From: Anthoceros angustus
Taxonomy: Eukaryota; Plantae; Anthocerotophyta
Length of the DNA stretch: 64,000 bases
Assembly: GCA_010909165.1 (NCBI GenBank)
Contig: MU008165.1
Location: 434,001-498,000, forward strand
Reading direction: 5' to 3'
In this document: one piece after another, positions 24,224 to 37,179 of the stretch
Layout of the letters: the number at the start of each line of letters is the position of its first letter
Position numbering within the stretch: position 1 is the first letter of the stretch
Notes under the pieces: generated by a model
Told to the model about the DNA's origin: nothing
Database searches by the model: none
What the model saw: the letters and a program-made list of their open reading frames with translations, nothing else
Made by a program: the position numbers and the translations under genes

Positions 24224-27200
24224 TCAGACTTTTCTTGCTCTAGTCCTCTGTTTTGTTGCAAACTGCACAACCTTTTCCTCCACCGCCAGGCCTTTGCGTC
24301 GCCTCACACCGTCAATAAGCTTCCTAGCAGTATTGGGTGGGATGTTCGACCCATCGCCAAACTCCTCTAGTTCCTCCTCTGTTTTGGGAACAAAGAAAGG
24401 GTCTTGGAGTAGAGCTTCCCAGTGACTCAGAACTAATAAGGGGCTAGCAGCACCTGAAGTCTTCCTACGCAGCTCATCCGCAAATCCAAAGCTTTCAGCG
24501 ACAGGCATGTAAGCATGGACTAGAAACACAGCTGTCCCTTCTTGCATCTCCTCTTTCAGAACTCGAGCTCGCCTTCGACCCAGAACCGCGTACACCTGGC
24601 CCAGATGTTCAGGACTTGTACTGACCTCCACAAAGTACATGGCTTCAGCAATTCTGGGATTTCGTGCAAGCATAGCTGTTCGGCATGCATCCTTTACAGC
24701 AGTCATTACCTGTCCAGAAAAAGGCCCGTACTGATCGGCAACATTGCTTCCTCCAGCATCTGCTGCAGAGTCAGGACCCTCCCCATTTTCAGCATCACCC
24801 TTAGGTTTGGACACGAATGCTTCAACCGTGAAGACCATACCCCACATGGGCTCCTCGCACAGAGGGCCTTGAGCTGTTGCAAGCTGAAAACCAGCTGTCA
24901 CACTACCCTCCAATCCTGATTCAAGAGACCGAGAATCCCCGGCTAACCCCTCAGCAACTGTCGAAGTGTCGCTGTTTCCAACAAGGCCCAGTTTCCTAGA
25001 CACCTGCGGAGAGCCTCTCACATACTGCATGTCAAGTTCAGGTTCTTCTGAATTGCTTTGCTGGCTTACCTTCCTCCCAACTGGAGTGAGAAGAAGATTG
25101 GGTCCCATTCGTCTGGGACCCAAAGCCCATATTCTCTCGAGTCGTTGGAGCCAATATGGATTCTTGTTTTCCCCAGAGGAATCTTCACCAGATGCAGCAG
25201 CCAAAAGGTTAGCCTTCAAAGTTGCAACTGGATCCTCTTTAGCATCGTCTTGCATGTCACTCCAAAATTTATCCCTGTACCTAGAGATGGGACGACCCTC
25301 AATAATATCTTTCAGGAGTTCTTGATTATCATCTAGAACCTTCAAAACAGAGGCCGGCAACCTTTCAAGGTATACACGAACCGTACACCTCTTGTTTGGC
25401 GTAGTTGTCTCAACATATTCCAAACCCATCTGCCCACTTTGCTGAGAGTCCTCACTACCAGGCTCTATGGTTTCTCGAAATGCCACCAAGGGTGGTGACA
25501 CTTCCAGTTCAACCCTTGCAAAACGCTCTCTCAAATCCTTAATACACCTCTCTAGATGGACTTCTCCAGCTGTTGCAAGAACATGTTCACCATTCCCAGA
25601 TACAGATACTTCAACGAATGGGTCAGCCTTGTTGAGAAGCTTTAAGCCTCTTGCAAGAGCACCCATGTCTGCGGGATTCTTTGGCTCTAGAGCAACCCGG
25701 ACAATCGGAGCAGCCTGAAAGTCCATACTCTGAAAAGGCCAGCAATAAGGAGTGGTGGATAAAGTTGCAGTTTTCAGAATATGCTGCCCGAGGCCCCGCA
25801 ATGCAACCACATTTCCAGCAGATGCAGAAGGTTTTGGTTCCAGACCACTTCCCATCATCATGTAGAGAGCCTCAACTGTAGCTTCTTGCAGAGAATCGGT
25901 ATCCCACTTGGGGGCCGTGGGATCATGAATAGGCGACAGAATAAAAACCTTCTGACCAGCACGCAGAACCCCACTAAATACTCTAGCAAATGCAAGGAAA
26001 CACTCATGATGAGCAGCATCACTGTCACCTAGCCCGACTTCGTCTTCCAGATTGGCTAGAACCTCGCCTTCAGGACTGAAACGTGGCAACATCTCAGTAG
26101 GAACTGCAAACATCTTGGAGACGTAAACCACACAGGGTGCAGTACTGCTGTCATCACACGCTTCAACAGCCTTCCGCAGGCTCCCCAACTTCTCCTGGAC
26201 CTCAGTGCTGATTCCATCAGGGTACAAATGGATAGGCATCAAACGCACAGATCGGTAAGCCTGCGCTACGCCAGGACCTGGCAGCTTCTCTACCACCATA
26301 GACAAAACAGCGTCCACTATGGGAAGCCAGCGGCTCATGACTGCCTGAAGCACTACTTTAGAATCCTTGTGCACCAAATCACGAGGAGGGACTGTCAAGC
26401 TCATGGACTTGATAATCTTCTGCAGCATATCCGTACCTTTACTCCCCTGCATAACGACATCATAGACCTGCCAAAGTGGTTCAAGCACAAACTGGACAAA
26501 CATGGGTTTCAGTTTTCCAGCTGCTGCCTTCTTGCCCACAATCTTTTTCGTTTTGGGATTATAGTAGTAATCCCCCCACAAAGCTCTCTTCAAGGCCTTC
26601 ACGCTTGCACCCAGCTTCGTGGCGTACAGATCAGCAAATTGTTCGATCCGAAAAGCCCAACCATCACCTGCACTGCCAAAAGCCACATTTCCCTGCTCTG
26701 GAGCAAAAGCATCCTCCTCATCGGGCTCATCTTCCACTTCCTGACCCCCTCCCTCGTCCAAGGGGGACGTCGGTCCTGCCAGAATGGAGTCCACATCCGA
26801 TATATACTTCTCCGACCGGAAGGCATTAATAATGTTGTTGACCTCTCCAATAATGCTCTGCAAAAACAGCGTTGCACGATCATGAGCCTGGAAGAAAACT
26901 CCTCTGGGTAGCACAAGATCACACCTGCCATTACTCCACCTGCATTCTTAAAAACAATTTTGGGTCATCGCACTTTACCTGCATTCGTGCGTACGCCTCC
27001 GAAGGCGTCATCTTCACCTCCGTGATCAACCTATCAACCTTGTTGAGCACCAAACAAGGTGTTACTTTCTCAATCCATGCCTGCCGCAGCACGGCATGTG
27101 TCTGTATGTGCACCCCCTCACACACATCCACCAGCACCAACGCCCCGTCGCTAAGGCGGGCTGCTGTTGACACTTCACTACAAAAATCGACATGACCCGG

Positions 27201-27488
27201 TGAGTCAATTAGGTTAATGGCGTGCCCCTTGTACTGGAGCGTGATGGCCGAACTCTTCATGGTGATGGCTCTCAGTTGCTCATCCTCCCTGTAGTCCAAA
27301 AACCTGAGCTTTCCAGCCATCTTTGCATGAATTACTCCGCCCCCTGCCCCAGCAATCAGATGATCTGCCAAAGTTGTCTTGCCATGATCCACATGTGCTA
27401 AAATGCAGATGTTTCTGATCTTCTTTTCTCGTCCTCCTCCTTCCACTTGCACCTCCGTCCCTTCGACAGAATTCACCACGTTCGACAT
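24224..27488 (-). CDS. EFL1: Elongation factor-like GTPase 1 (EFL1/RIA1, 60S maturation); exons 27488-26979 and 26857-24224
   Basis: [68 protein letters not shown] and the EFL1-specific ending [26 protein letters not shown]; one GT-AG intron at 26858-26978 rejoins [13 protein letters not shown]. Confidence 0.97.
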
Positions 27489-28709
27489 CGCCACCGACGA
27501 AGGATGTGATCAGTCAGCTCAACGGTACAATGGCAGCTCTGGTGCGGTAGAATTTGAATCAAACAGTTCTGATTTCGGTCCTTATGCGTTGCAGCTTTGT
27601 GATCAACTAGAGCTATGTCCAAATCGCTTAGGCCAAATGCACATACATTTATAAGAAAAAGGTTGTTAAAGCATTTGCGCTTCTATCGATACTTAGATGG
27701 GGTGCCTAGAAGGAGTGGATGTCCTTAGTGCTAGTAGCTGAGGCACACTATGGTACAAGTTGTTACGTACCATGTCCATCATAGGAAAATTCTATCAAGT
27801 GGACTATAATAGACTTCTTCTTCTTCTAACAAATCCCAGAAGTGTTTAGATCTAGCTACATAAAACGAAGTCTACTTTTCTAGACTCTAAATAGTCCTTG
27901 AGTTTCGAAGAACCAATCCTACACCATAAAGCAGGAGTTAATAGGTAGCACGGGTAGAGTTTCGTACTTAGATAAACCAATTCAAAGGCACAAACTAGGT
28001 AGTTTTAGTTTATTCAACGAGCTATGAACCAAGCTCCAGAAGCCTTCACATATATAGGTAGGCAGACAAGTCAAATTCTATTTGTCATTTTTTTTAATGG
28101 GTAACATTCCTTGGGTTTTGAATTCATAATTTTTCTTTATTATGTATATATTTTATATTTTAAAATAATATCCTCTTTATTTATCCAATATTTCTTGAAT
28201 TTCAAAACTATCAGCCACAAATACATTGGCTTCTTGTCCTACCTTTGAAATATGTACACAACGTTTCTTCCTCATCTCAAAGCTGGGTCACTACACTGGT
28301 ACATGTAATCTAAACACTATGTGTAATTGGATATGGACAAAAAGCCACATGCTGCAAATGCCATGGAATGGCCACGAAAATATGGGCTTCTTGTCCTACC
28401 TTTACAATATGCGCACCATAATTCTGAATGCAATATATAATGTGCACACCATAATTTGAAGTGCAATGTGTAATTTTATAGGGATTAAGGAATCACATTC
28501 TACACACAATTTAGGTAGGAAACATGCTTCCATTGAGGATTGAATTTAGGGAATTCAAAACTCAATGGATCGAATTCAAAACCTTCAGTTTACAGGATTG
28601 ACACTTTACCACCGGGGTGCAAAGACCGATGACATACTAGTCCAATTCAGTCTGAAATTCTAAAAGATATTCGATTTGAGTAAATAGTGAGCCCATTAAT
28701 AGCATGCCA

Positions 28710-29411
28710 CATGACACGATTCGCCTTTTTTTTCACCTACATGGCATGTTGCTAAGTCCAATTCAGTTGTTGGTGCCCACCCTACGGGATTACCGCAATA
28801 GGCGGGACCACCAATTATTAGTGCCATCCTATTGTTACTGCATGCGTGGGGGCTACTATTGTTACTGCATGTGAGGGGGCTACAGTTGTTACCACACATG
28901 CGGGGCCGACCGTTATTTGTCCTATAGGGTTGCTCCATATCTGATAGTTATTTGTGTCAACAATAGTTTGTGTTTCCAAATTCTACATTTGGTTGTGCCT
29001 ACAGTTGTTTGTGTTTCCAAAATCTGACAATTGTTTGTGTTTCTAGACAATTGTTTGTGTTTCTAGATCTGACAGTTGTTTCTGCCGATAGTTGTTTGTG
29101 TTTCTAGATCTGATAGTTGTTCGTCTTTCCTGACAATTGTTTGTATTTCCAAATCCAGCACAAAAATTGTTTGTGTTTCCAGATCCGACACTTGTTTGTG
29201 GAGAGGTTCGTTTGTGTGTGTATGTGGAGACACATGGAGGTTGCTCCATATCAAAGTTCAAAAAGTTTTATTAACATCTCACGCTGAAGAATCACTCAAG
29301 GAAATACCGAAAGTCAAAATCCCAAGGCGGAACTTCGATATATACTTTAAAATATCTGTAAAGTCTTCCCATTCATTATAAAAAGATCCGATTCGGAGGC
29401 ATCTTTTGACC
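28710..29411. repeat. Non-coding block X, copy 1, with internal TTGTTTGTGTTTCYARA repeats
   Basis: Reappears near-identically at 31764-32439; internal ~20-nt degenerate repeats at 28960-29190. Confidence 0.9.
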
Positions 29412-29688
29412 CACGGTGACACTTGACACCGCCACTTCTAATAACATATGGTCCGTCTCGCCGGCGCATGCATTTCATGGTACCGGCAGCATGTGTGTTA
29501 ACCTGACTTTGAATAAGCACCAGTGGAACATGGAACCAGCGATCAAGACGGCGACGGCATGAGGAAAGCGTTTCCAATCACGACGCACTCGAAAAATTAT
29601 ATGGCCGCCTTAAGAAGACAAGCAACAGGAACAGGGTCAGCCAACGGAACATAATCAGGCCTTCCTGCTCATAGAGAACTAGCGACCC

Positions 29689-30006
29689 TTAGCTGAGCCC
29701 ACGACTTGCGTACCCAGATATCAGGGCCGTCCATGTGACTACATCCTTGTTGGCCAAGCTGTCAAAAACCCTGCGTGCCTCTTCCAGTTGGCCACATTTT
29801 GCATACATGTCCGCCAGGCAGTTGCCAACAAACAAGTCAGGAGGAATGTCACTGTGCAACACATCACAGTGCACTTTCCTGCCAGATTCCACGTCTGCAA
29901 CAAATGCACAAGCTTGAAGGGCTACTACAAAGACGTGAGCATTAGCGGAGATTATGGTGCACCACATGAAGGCATCCGCTTTACCCACCCTGGTGAACAC
30001 ATCCAT
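29689..30006 (-). pseudogene. Short PPR fragment (partial P, L, S and start of P) sharing its 5' region with DYW:KP copy C
   Basis: MDVFTRVGKADAFMWCTIISA/NAHVFVVALQAC..GNCLADMYAKCGQLEEARRVFDSLANKDVVTWTALISGY then stop; its upstream ~600 bp match 35050-35640. Confidence 0.8.
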
Positions 30007-30779
30007 GGCCTCCTGAAGCCTACCTCCTCATGCATATGTGTGCAATGGTTCCTCAGGTATGTATTAGACTCGTACCCAGAAAACCGTGGCAAGAAAACCA
30101 TGCGTCGAGCATTCCACTGCACCTTCAAAGGGCAATCGGATGTCAGACTTGAGAAGTACACTGATGAAGCAAAGCAAGGGTGAGGCGAAGACGTGCAGTG
30201 GCAAGGCAAGTGTGTGTGAAATGAATCGACTACCTTTCGAGCTGGTGGTCGGAGTGAGTGGCTGGTGGTGGAAGTACTACCATGCTTGATTTAGGATGCA
30301 ATACATTTCAGCCCACGCCGCAGGGCAAGCTGGATGGTAAATTTGCGGTTCAGATCAGAGTGTAACGACTAACCCTACTTTAGGTCTGTGGGAGACAAAC
30401 GGGAAAGTGGGTGGAGACTGACCTGAGTTTTTTCAGCCAGAAGTAGAAGAGCTTCCGTCCGTACTCATGCCCAGTGTTTGCAATGATGTGCTAGTTCACA
30501 ACCCTTGGCTGCATTACCATGGCAAAACAGATCGGCTGGATTCAGATGGCAAAGCCGCAAAGATCGAAGCCACAATTTACACATACAAAGCCAACCGCAC
30601 TTTTGACCTGAATCAAACAATGAAATTGGTTCTGGATCTCCCCCTACCTTCACTCCGGTTGCATCCAAGACCAGCACTTCGGGAAGACTCGTCATGAATG
30701 AGTGATCAGATCTTGTAACGTTTGGTAATCACACCATACCCACGGAGCCGGCAGGGCGAGGAAGTTTACACTGTACTCA

Positions 30780-31763
30780 TCAATGCTGATCACCACAAGA
30801 ACAGAACCCATCCACAAAATGGTGCACGCGGTGGGCATCTCTGACTATGATCTCTCGCTTCTCAACTCTGGACATAATCTTGGTTCCACTGTGGCAGACA
30901 TTGCACATCCGAAGATTCTTGGTGACTAGAAGAGTTTGACCATCTGGAGTATTCAGGAGACCATAAGCTAGTGCTAGCTTTTCAGCATGTCCACACAAAG
31001 CATCTTCATGCCTTGCATGATTAGGCCCAAGTTCCGACCTCAACTGTGTGTGTGTTTCATGGTTGCTTCCAGCCTCCGGCTGCATATTTACACTCCGTAG
31101 CTTGGACGCTACATCATCCCTTTCCTCCCCCACGCAGAAGGCATGAACTTTGCTGTTGAGCTCAATCCAGGCAGTTGCAGGCTTCTTACATGCACCCACG
31201 GACCTCCTCAAACTTTCTACCAATTCCACATCGCTCCACATACTAGCATTTGCATAGATGTTGGACAAAAGCACATACGCAGCAGAGTGCTGAGGCCTTA
31301 GTCGTACAAGCCTGTCAAAGCAACGCCTTCCTCGTTGAACGTCACCATGAGTCTTGCAGGAACTCAGCAAAGATGTCCAGCCCACAAGGTCACTTTCAAA
31401 TGGCATTTTCAGCAACATGTTCTCTGCTTCATCTAGATGTCCTGCCCGCCGAGAAGATCAACCATGCAATTATAGTGACACAAAGATGGAGTGATGCCAT
31501 GACTTTCCACCATCATCTGAAATACTTCTGACCTTCATCGACCAGACCCTGATGGCTGCATGCCACAAGCAGGCAAGTAAATGTAGCATCGCCAGGCGAG
31601 ACACCCTGCTGCTCCATCTCTTGGAAACACTGGATTGCCGTCTGGCCATCACAGTGTTGACCATAACCATTAAGCAAAGCTGTCCATGCCACAACATTCC
31701 TGGTTGGCAAACTGTCCAGCACTGTGCGAGCATCCTCCAAGCTGCCACATTTGCATACATGTC
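30780..31763 (-). pseudogene. PLS-E1-E2-DYW:KP PPR copy B (5'-truncated; E1-E2-DYW frame intact at 30780-31418)
   Basis: GACKKPATAWIELNSKVHAFCVGEE..EDALCGHAEKLALAYGLLNTPDGQTLLVTKNLRMCNVCH..RDAHRVHHFVDGFCSCGDQH*; interrupted at 31764 by block X. Confidence 0.9.
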
Positions 31764-32439
31764 CATGACACGATTCGCCTTTTTCACCTACATGGCATGT
31801 TGCTAAGTCCAATTCGGTTGTTGGTGCCCACCCTAGGATTACCGCAATAGGCGGGACCACCAATTATTAGTGCCATCCTATTATTCGCGTATGGGGGCTA
31901 CTATGATTCGCATGTGAGGGGCTACGATTGTTACCACATACGGTATTATTTGTCCTATAGGGTTGCTCCATATCTGATAGTTATTTGTGTCAACAATAGT
32001 TTGTGTTTCCAAATTCTACATTTGGTTGTGCCTACAGTTGTTTGTGTTTCCAAAATCTGACAATTGTTTGTGTTTCTAGACAATTGTTTGTGTTTCTAGA
32101 TCTGACAGTTGTTTCTGCCGATAGTTGTTTGTGTTTCTAGATCTGATAGTTGTTCGTCTTTCCTGACAATTGTTTGTATTTCCAAATCCAGCACAAAAAT
32201 TGTTTGTGTTTCCAGATCCGACACTTGTTTGTGGAGAGGTTCGTTTGTGTGTGTATGTGGAGACACATGAGGTTGCTCCATATCAAAGTTCAAAAGTTTT
32301 ATTAACATCTCACGCTGAAGAATCACTCAAGGAAATACCGAAAGTCAAAATCCCAAGGCGGAACTTCGATATATACTTTAAAATATCTGTAAAGTCTTCC
32401 CATTCATTATAAAAGATCCGATTCAGGCATCTTTTGACC
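31764..32439. repeat. Non-coding block X, copy 2
   Basis: Collinear with 28710-29411, with small indels. Confidence 0.9.
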
Positions 32440-32609
32440 TGAATCAAACAATGAAATTGGTTCTGGATCTCCCCTACCTTCACTCCGGTTGCATCCAAGA
32501 CCAGCACTTCAGGAAGACTCGTCATGAATGAGTGATCAGATCTTGTAACGTTTGGTAATCACACCATACCCACGGAGCCGGCAGGGCGAGGAAGTTTACA
32601 CTGTACTCA

Positions 32610-35060
32610 TCAATGCTGATCACCACAAGAACAGAACCCATCCACAAAATGGTGCACGCGGTGGGCATCTCTGACTATGATCTCTCGCTTCTCAACTCTG
32701 GACATAATCTTGGTTCCACTGTGGCAGACATTGCACATCCGAAGATTCTTGGTGACTAGAAGAGTTTGACCATCTGGAGTATTCAGGAGACCATAAGCTA
32801 GTGCTAGCTTTTCAGCATGTCCACAAAGCATCTTCATGCCTTGCATGATTAGGCCCAAGTTCCGACCTCAACTGTGTGTGTGTTTCATGGTTGCTTCCAG
32901 CCTCCGGCTGCATATTTACACTCCGTAGCTTGGACGCTACATCATCCCTTTCCTCCCCCACGCAGAAGGCATGAACTTTGCTGTTGAGCTCAATCCAGGC
33001 AGTTGCAGGCTTCACATGCACCCACGGACCTCCTCAAACTTTCTACCAATTCCACATCGCTCCACATACTAGCATTTGCATAGATGTTGGACAAAAGCAC
33101 ATACGCAGCAGAGTGCTGAGGCCTTAGTCGTACAAGCCTGTCAAAGCAACGCCTTCCTCGTTGAACGTCACCATGAGTCTTGCAGGAACTCAGCAAAGAT
33201 GTCCAGCCCACAAGGTCACTTTCAAATGGCATTTTCAGCAACATGTTCTCTGCTTCATCTAGATGTCCTGCCCGCCGAGAAGATCAACCATGCAATTATA
33301 GTGACACAAAGATGGAGTGATGCCATGACTTTCCACCATCATCTGAAATACTTCTGACCTTCATCGACCAGACCCTGATGGCTGCATGCCAAGCAGGCAA
33401 GTAAATGTAGCATCGCCAGGCGAGACACCCTGCTGCTCCATCTCTTGGAAACACTGGATTGCCGTCTGGCCATCACAGTGTTGACCATAACCGATTAAGC
33501 AAAGCTGTCCATGCCACAACATTCCTGGTTGGCAAACTGTCCAGCACTGTGCGAGCATCCTCCAAGCTGCCACATTTTGCATACATGTCCACAAGGCTGC
33601 TGCCAACAAGCACGTCAGCTAACAGTCCTGATTCCTGGATATCAAAATGAAGCCTCTTTCCCTGTTGTAAAGCTCCAAGCGCAGCACATGCTCTCAGAAG
33701 GCACACAAACATGGAGCTGTTCCTTGAAATTTTATTCGTCTGCATGCTTTCATGCAGATTCAGAGCTTCTTGATAAAGCCCATGCTGAACATAACCTGCA
33801 ATCATGGCATTCCAGGTCACGACATCTTTGTTGGGCAACCTGTCAAACACTTCACGAGCCTCTTCCAGGCTGCTGCATTTTCACGAACATGTCCACAAGA
33901 CTGCTGCCAACCACCACGTCTGCATCCAAGCATTGCTCCTGAATTGCCTATACAGCTGCTTCCCTTCCAGCAACGCTCTGTTGATGGCGCATGCCTTCAG
34001 GAGACACGCAAAAGTAAAAGGATTGGCTGGGTGATACCCTCTATTTGCATATTTCGATAAACAGCAAGGGCTTCTTGCAGAGCCCATGCTGGACATAGCC
34101 TGTGATCATGGCAGTCCATGCAACCACATCCTTGGTGCCCAGATCATCAAACACCTTGCGAGCATCCTCCAAGCTCCCACACTTGCATACATATCCACCA
34201 GGCTGCTGACAATCAAGTCAGCTTCCAGTCCACGCTCCTGGATCCGGGAATGAATTGCCTTACCTTCATGTAAAGCTCCAACACTGGCACATACTTTAAG
34301 GAGGCCTACAAATGTGACAATATCTGGGTGAGGCCTCTTCTTGCATTCGTTGGTACAGAGTGAGTGCTTCTTGACTAAGCCCATGCTGAATATATCCAGC
34401 AATCAAAGTGTTCCCCCGTCTCTCGTTGTGGCAATCGGTCAAACACTCTGCGAGCATCCTTTAAGCTCCACATTTGGCATACATGTCCACCAAGCAATTG
34501 CCAAGTATTATATCAGCTTCCAGCTGTCTTGCCTGAATCTGCGTCTCTAATTCCTTGCCTCTATCTACAGCTCCGGCACTGGCACATGCTTTCAATACAC
34601 ACACAAACGTGACTTGATTCGCTTCAGTCAGACCCTCATCTACCATAGATGAGTACAGAGTAAGGGCCTCTTGACCCTGACCATGCTGAGCATACCCTCC
34701 GATCATGGCAGTCCAGGATACCACATTCTTGACCGACATATTGTCGAATACACCTCGAGCATCCTGCAACCTCCCACACTTGACATACAAGTCCACCAGA
34801 CAGTTGCCAACCAAAACACTGGGCTCGGCCCCACTCCCTAACACATCAGAATGGACCTGTTTGCCAAGTTCTACGTCGGCGGCAGCTGTACAAGCTTTCA
34901 GCACCGCCATAAAAATATAGTCGTTTGGCTTCACAGCTGACCGCCTCATCGCACCATACAGTTTCAAAGCTTCTCCAGGCTTACCGTAGTCGGCATGTGC
35001 CGAAATAATAGAATACCACATGAAGGCATCCGCTTTACCCACCCTGGTGAACACATCCAT
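32610..35060 (-). pseudogene. PLS-E1-E2-DYW:KP PPR copy C (full length, multiple apparent frameshifts)
   Basis: All motifs from MDVFTRVGKADAFMW through six PLS triplets, E1, E2 and the DYW:KP end GDQH are present but spread over ~7 ORF pieces by 1-3 nt indels. Confidence 0.85.
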
Positions 35061-35812
35061 GGCCTCCTGAAGCCTACCTCCTCATGCATATGTGTGCAAT
35101 GGTTCCTCAGGTATGTATTAGACTCACCCAGAAAACCGTGGCAGAAAAATGAGCATTCCACTGCACCTTCAAAGGGCAATCGGATGTCAGACTTGAGAAG
35201 TACACTGATGAAGCAAAGCAAGGGTGAGGCGAAGACGTGCAGTGGCAAGGCAAGTGTGTGTGAAATGAATCGACTACCTTTCGAGCTGGTGGTCGGAGTG
35301 AGTGGCTGGTGGTGGAAGTACTACCATGCTTGATTTAGGCAATACATTTCAGCCCACGCCGCAGGGCAAGCTGGATGGTAAATTTGCGGTTCAGATCAGA
35401 GTGTAACGACTAACCCTACTTTAGGTCTGTGGGAGACAAACGGAAAAGTGGGTGGAGACTGACCTGAGTTTTTCAGCCAGAAGTAGAAGAGCTTCCGTCC
35501 GTACTCATGCCCAGTGTTTGCAATGATGTGCTAGTTCACAACCCTTGGCTGCATTACCATGGCAAACAGATCGGCTGGATTCAGATGGCAAAGCCGCAAA
35601 GATCGAAGCCACAATTTACACATACAAAGCCAACTTTTGACCTGAATCAAACAATGAAATTGGTTCTGGATCTCCCCTACCTTCACTCCGGTTGCATCCA
35701 AGACCAGCACTTCAGGAAGACTCGTCATGAATGAGTGATCAGATCTTGTAACGTTTGGTAATCACACCATACCCACGGAGCCGGCAGGGCGAGGAAGTTT
35801 ACACTGTACTCA

Positions 35813-37167
35813 TCAATGCTGATCACCACAAGAACAGAACCCATCCACAAAATGGTGCACGCGGTGGGCATCTCTGACTATGATCTCTCGCTTCTCAACT
35901 CTGGACATAATCTTGGTTCCACTGTGGCAGACATTGCACATCCGAAGATTCTTGGTGACTAGAAGAGTTTGACCATCTGGAGTATTCAGGAGACCATAAG
36001 CTAGTGCTAGCTTTCAGCATGTCCACAAAGCATCTTCATGCCTTGCATGATTAGGCCCAAGTTCCGACCTCAACTGTGTGTGTGTTTCATGGTTGCTTCC
36101 AGCCTCCGCTGCATATTTACACCTCCGTAGCTTGGACGCTACATCATCCCTTTCCTCCCACGCAGAAGGCATGAACTTTGCTGTTGAGCTCAATCCAGGC
36201 AGTTGCAGGCTTCTTACATGCACCCACGGACCTCCTCAAACTTTCTACCAATTCCACATCGCTCCACATACTAGCATTTGCATAGATGTTGGACAAAAGC
36301 ACATACGCAGCAGAGTGCTGAGGCCTTAGTCGTACAAGCCTGTCAAAAGCAACGCCTTCCTGCGTTGAACGTCACCATGAGTCTTGCAGGAACTCAGCAA
36401 AGATGTCCAGCCCACAAGGTCACTTTCAAATGGCATTTTCAGCAACATGTTCTCTGCTTCATCTAGATGTCCTGCCCGCCCGAGAAGATCAACCATGCAA
36501 TTATAGTGACACAAAGATGGAGTGATGCCATGACTTTCCACCATCATCTTGAAATACTTCTTGACCTTCATCGACCAGACCCTGATGGCTGCATGCCACA
36601 AGCAGGCAAGTAAATGTAGCATCGCCAGGCGAGACACCCTGCTGCTCCATCTCTTGGAAACACTGGATTGCCGTCTGGCCATCACAGTGTTGACCATAAC
36701 CATAAGCAAAGCTGTCCATGCCACAACATTCCTGGTTGGCAAACTGTCCAGCACTGTGCGAGCATCCTCCAAGCTGCCACATTTTGCATACATGTCCACC
36801 AAGCAATTCGTATTATATCAGCTTCCAGCTGTCTTGCCTGAATCTGCGTCTCTAATTCCTTGCCTCTATCTACAGCTCCGGCACTGGCACATGCTTTCAA
36901 TACACACACAAACGTGACTTGATTCGCTTCAGTCAGACCCTCATCTACCATAGATGAGTACAGAGTAAGGGCCTCTTGACCCTGACCATGCTGAGCATAC
37001 CCTCCGATCATGGCAGTCCAGGATACCACATTCTTGACCGACATATTGTCGAATACACCTCGAGCATCCTGCAACCTCCCACACTTGACATACAAGTCCA
37101 CCAGACAGTTGCCAACCAAAACACTGGGCTCGGCCCCACTCCCTAACACATCAGAATGGACCTGTTT
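35813..37167 (-). pseudogene. DYW:KP PPR copy D (three central PLS triplets deleted, 5'-truncated, frameshifted)
   Basis: DYW/E region matches copy B except for indels; the junction at ~36799 (GCATACATGTCCAC) joins the last S1 motif to the second S1 motif. Confidence 0.85.
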
Positions 37168-37179
37168 ATGTTCTCGCCG

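Noticed and set aside
24542-26911. Plus-strand ORFs of 80-227 aa over EFL1
   Set aside because: Antisense shadows of a long conserved CDS, with no motifs.
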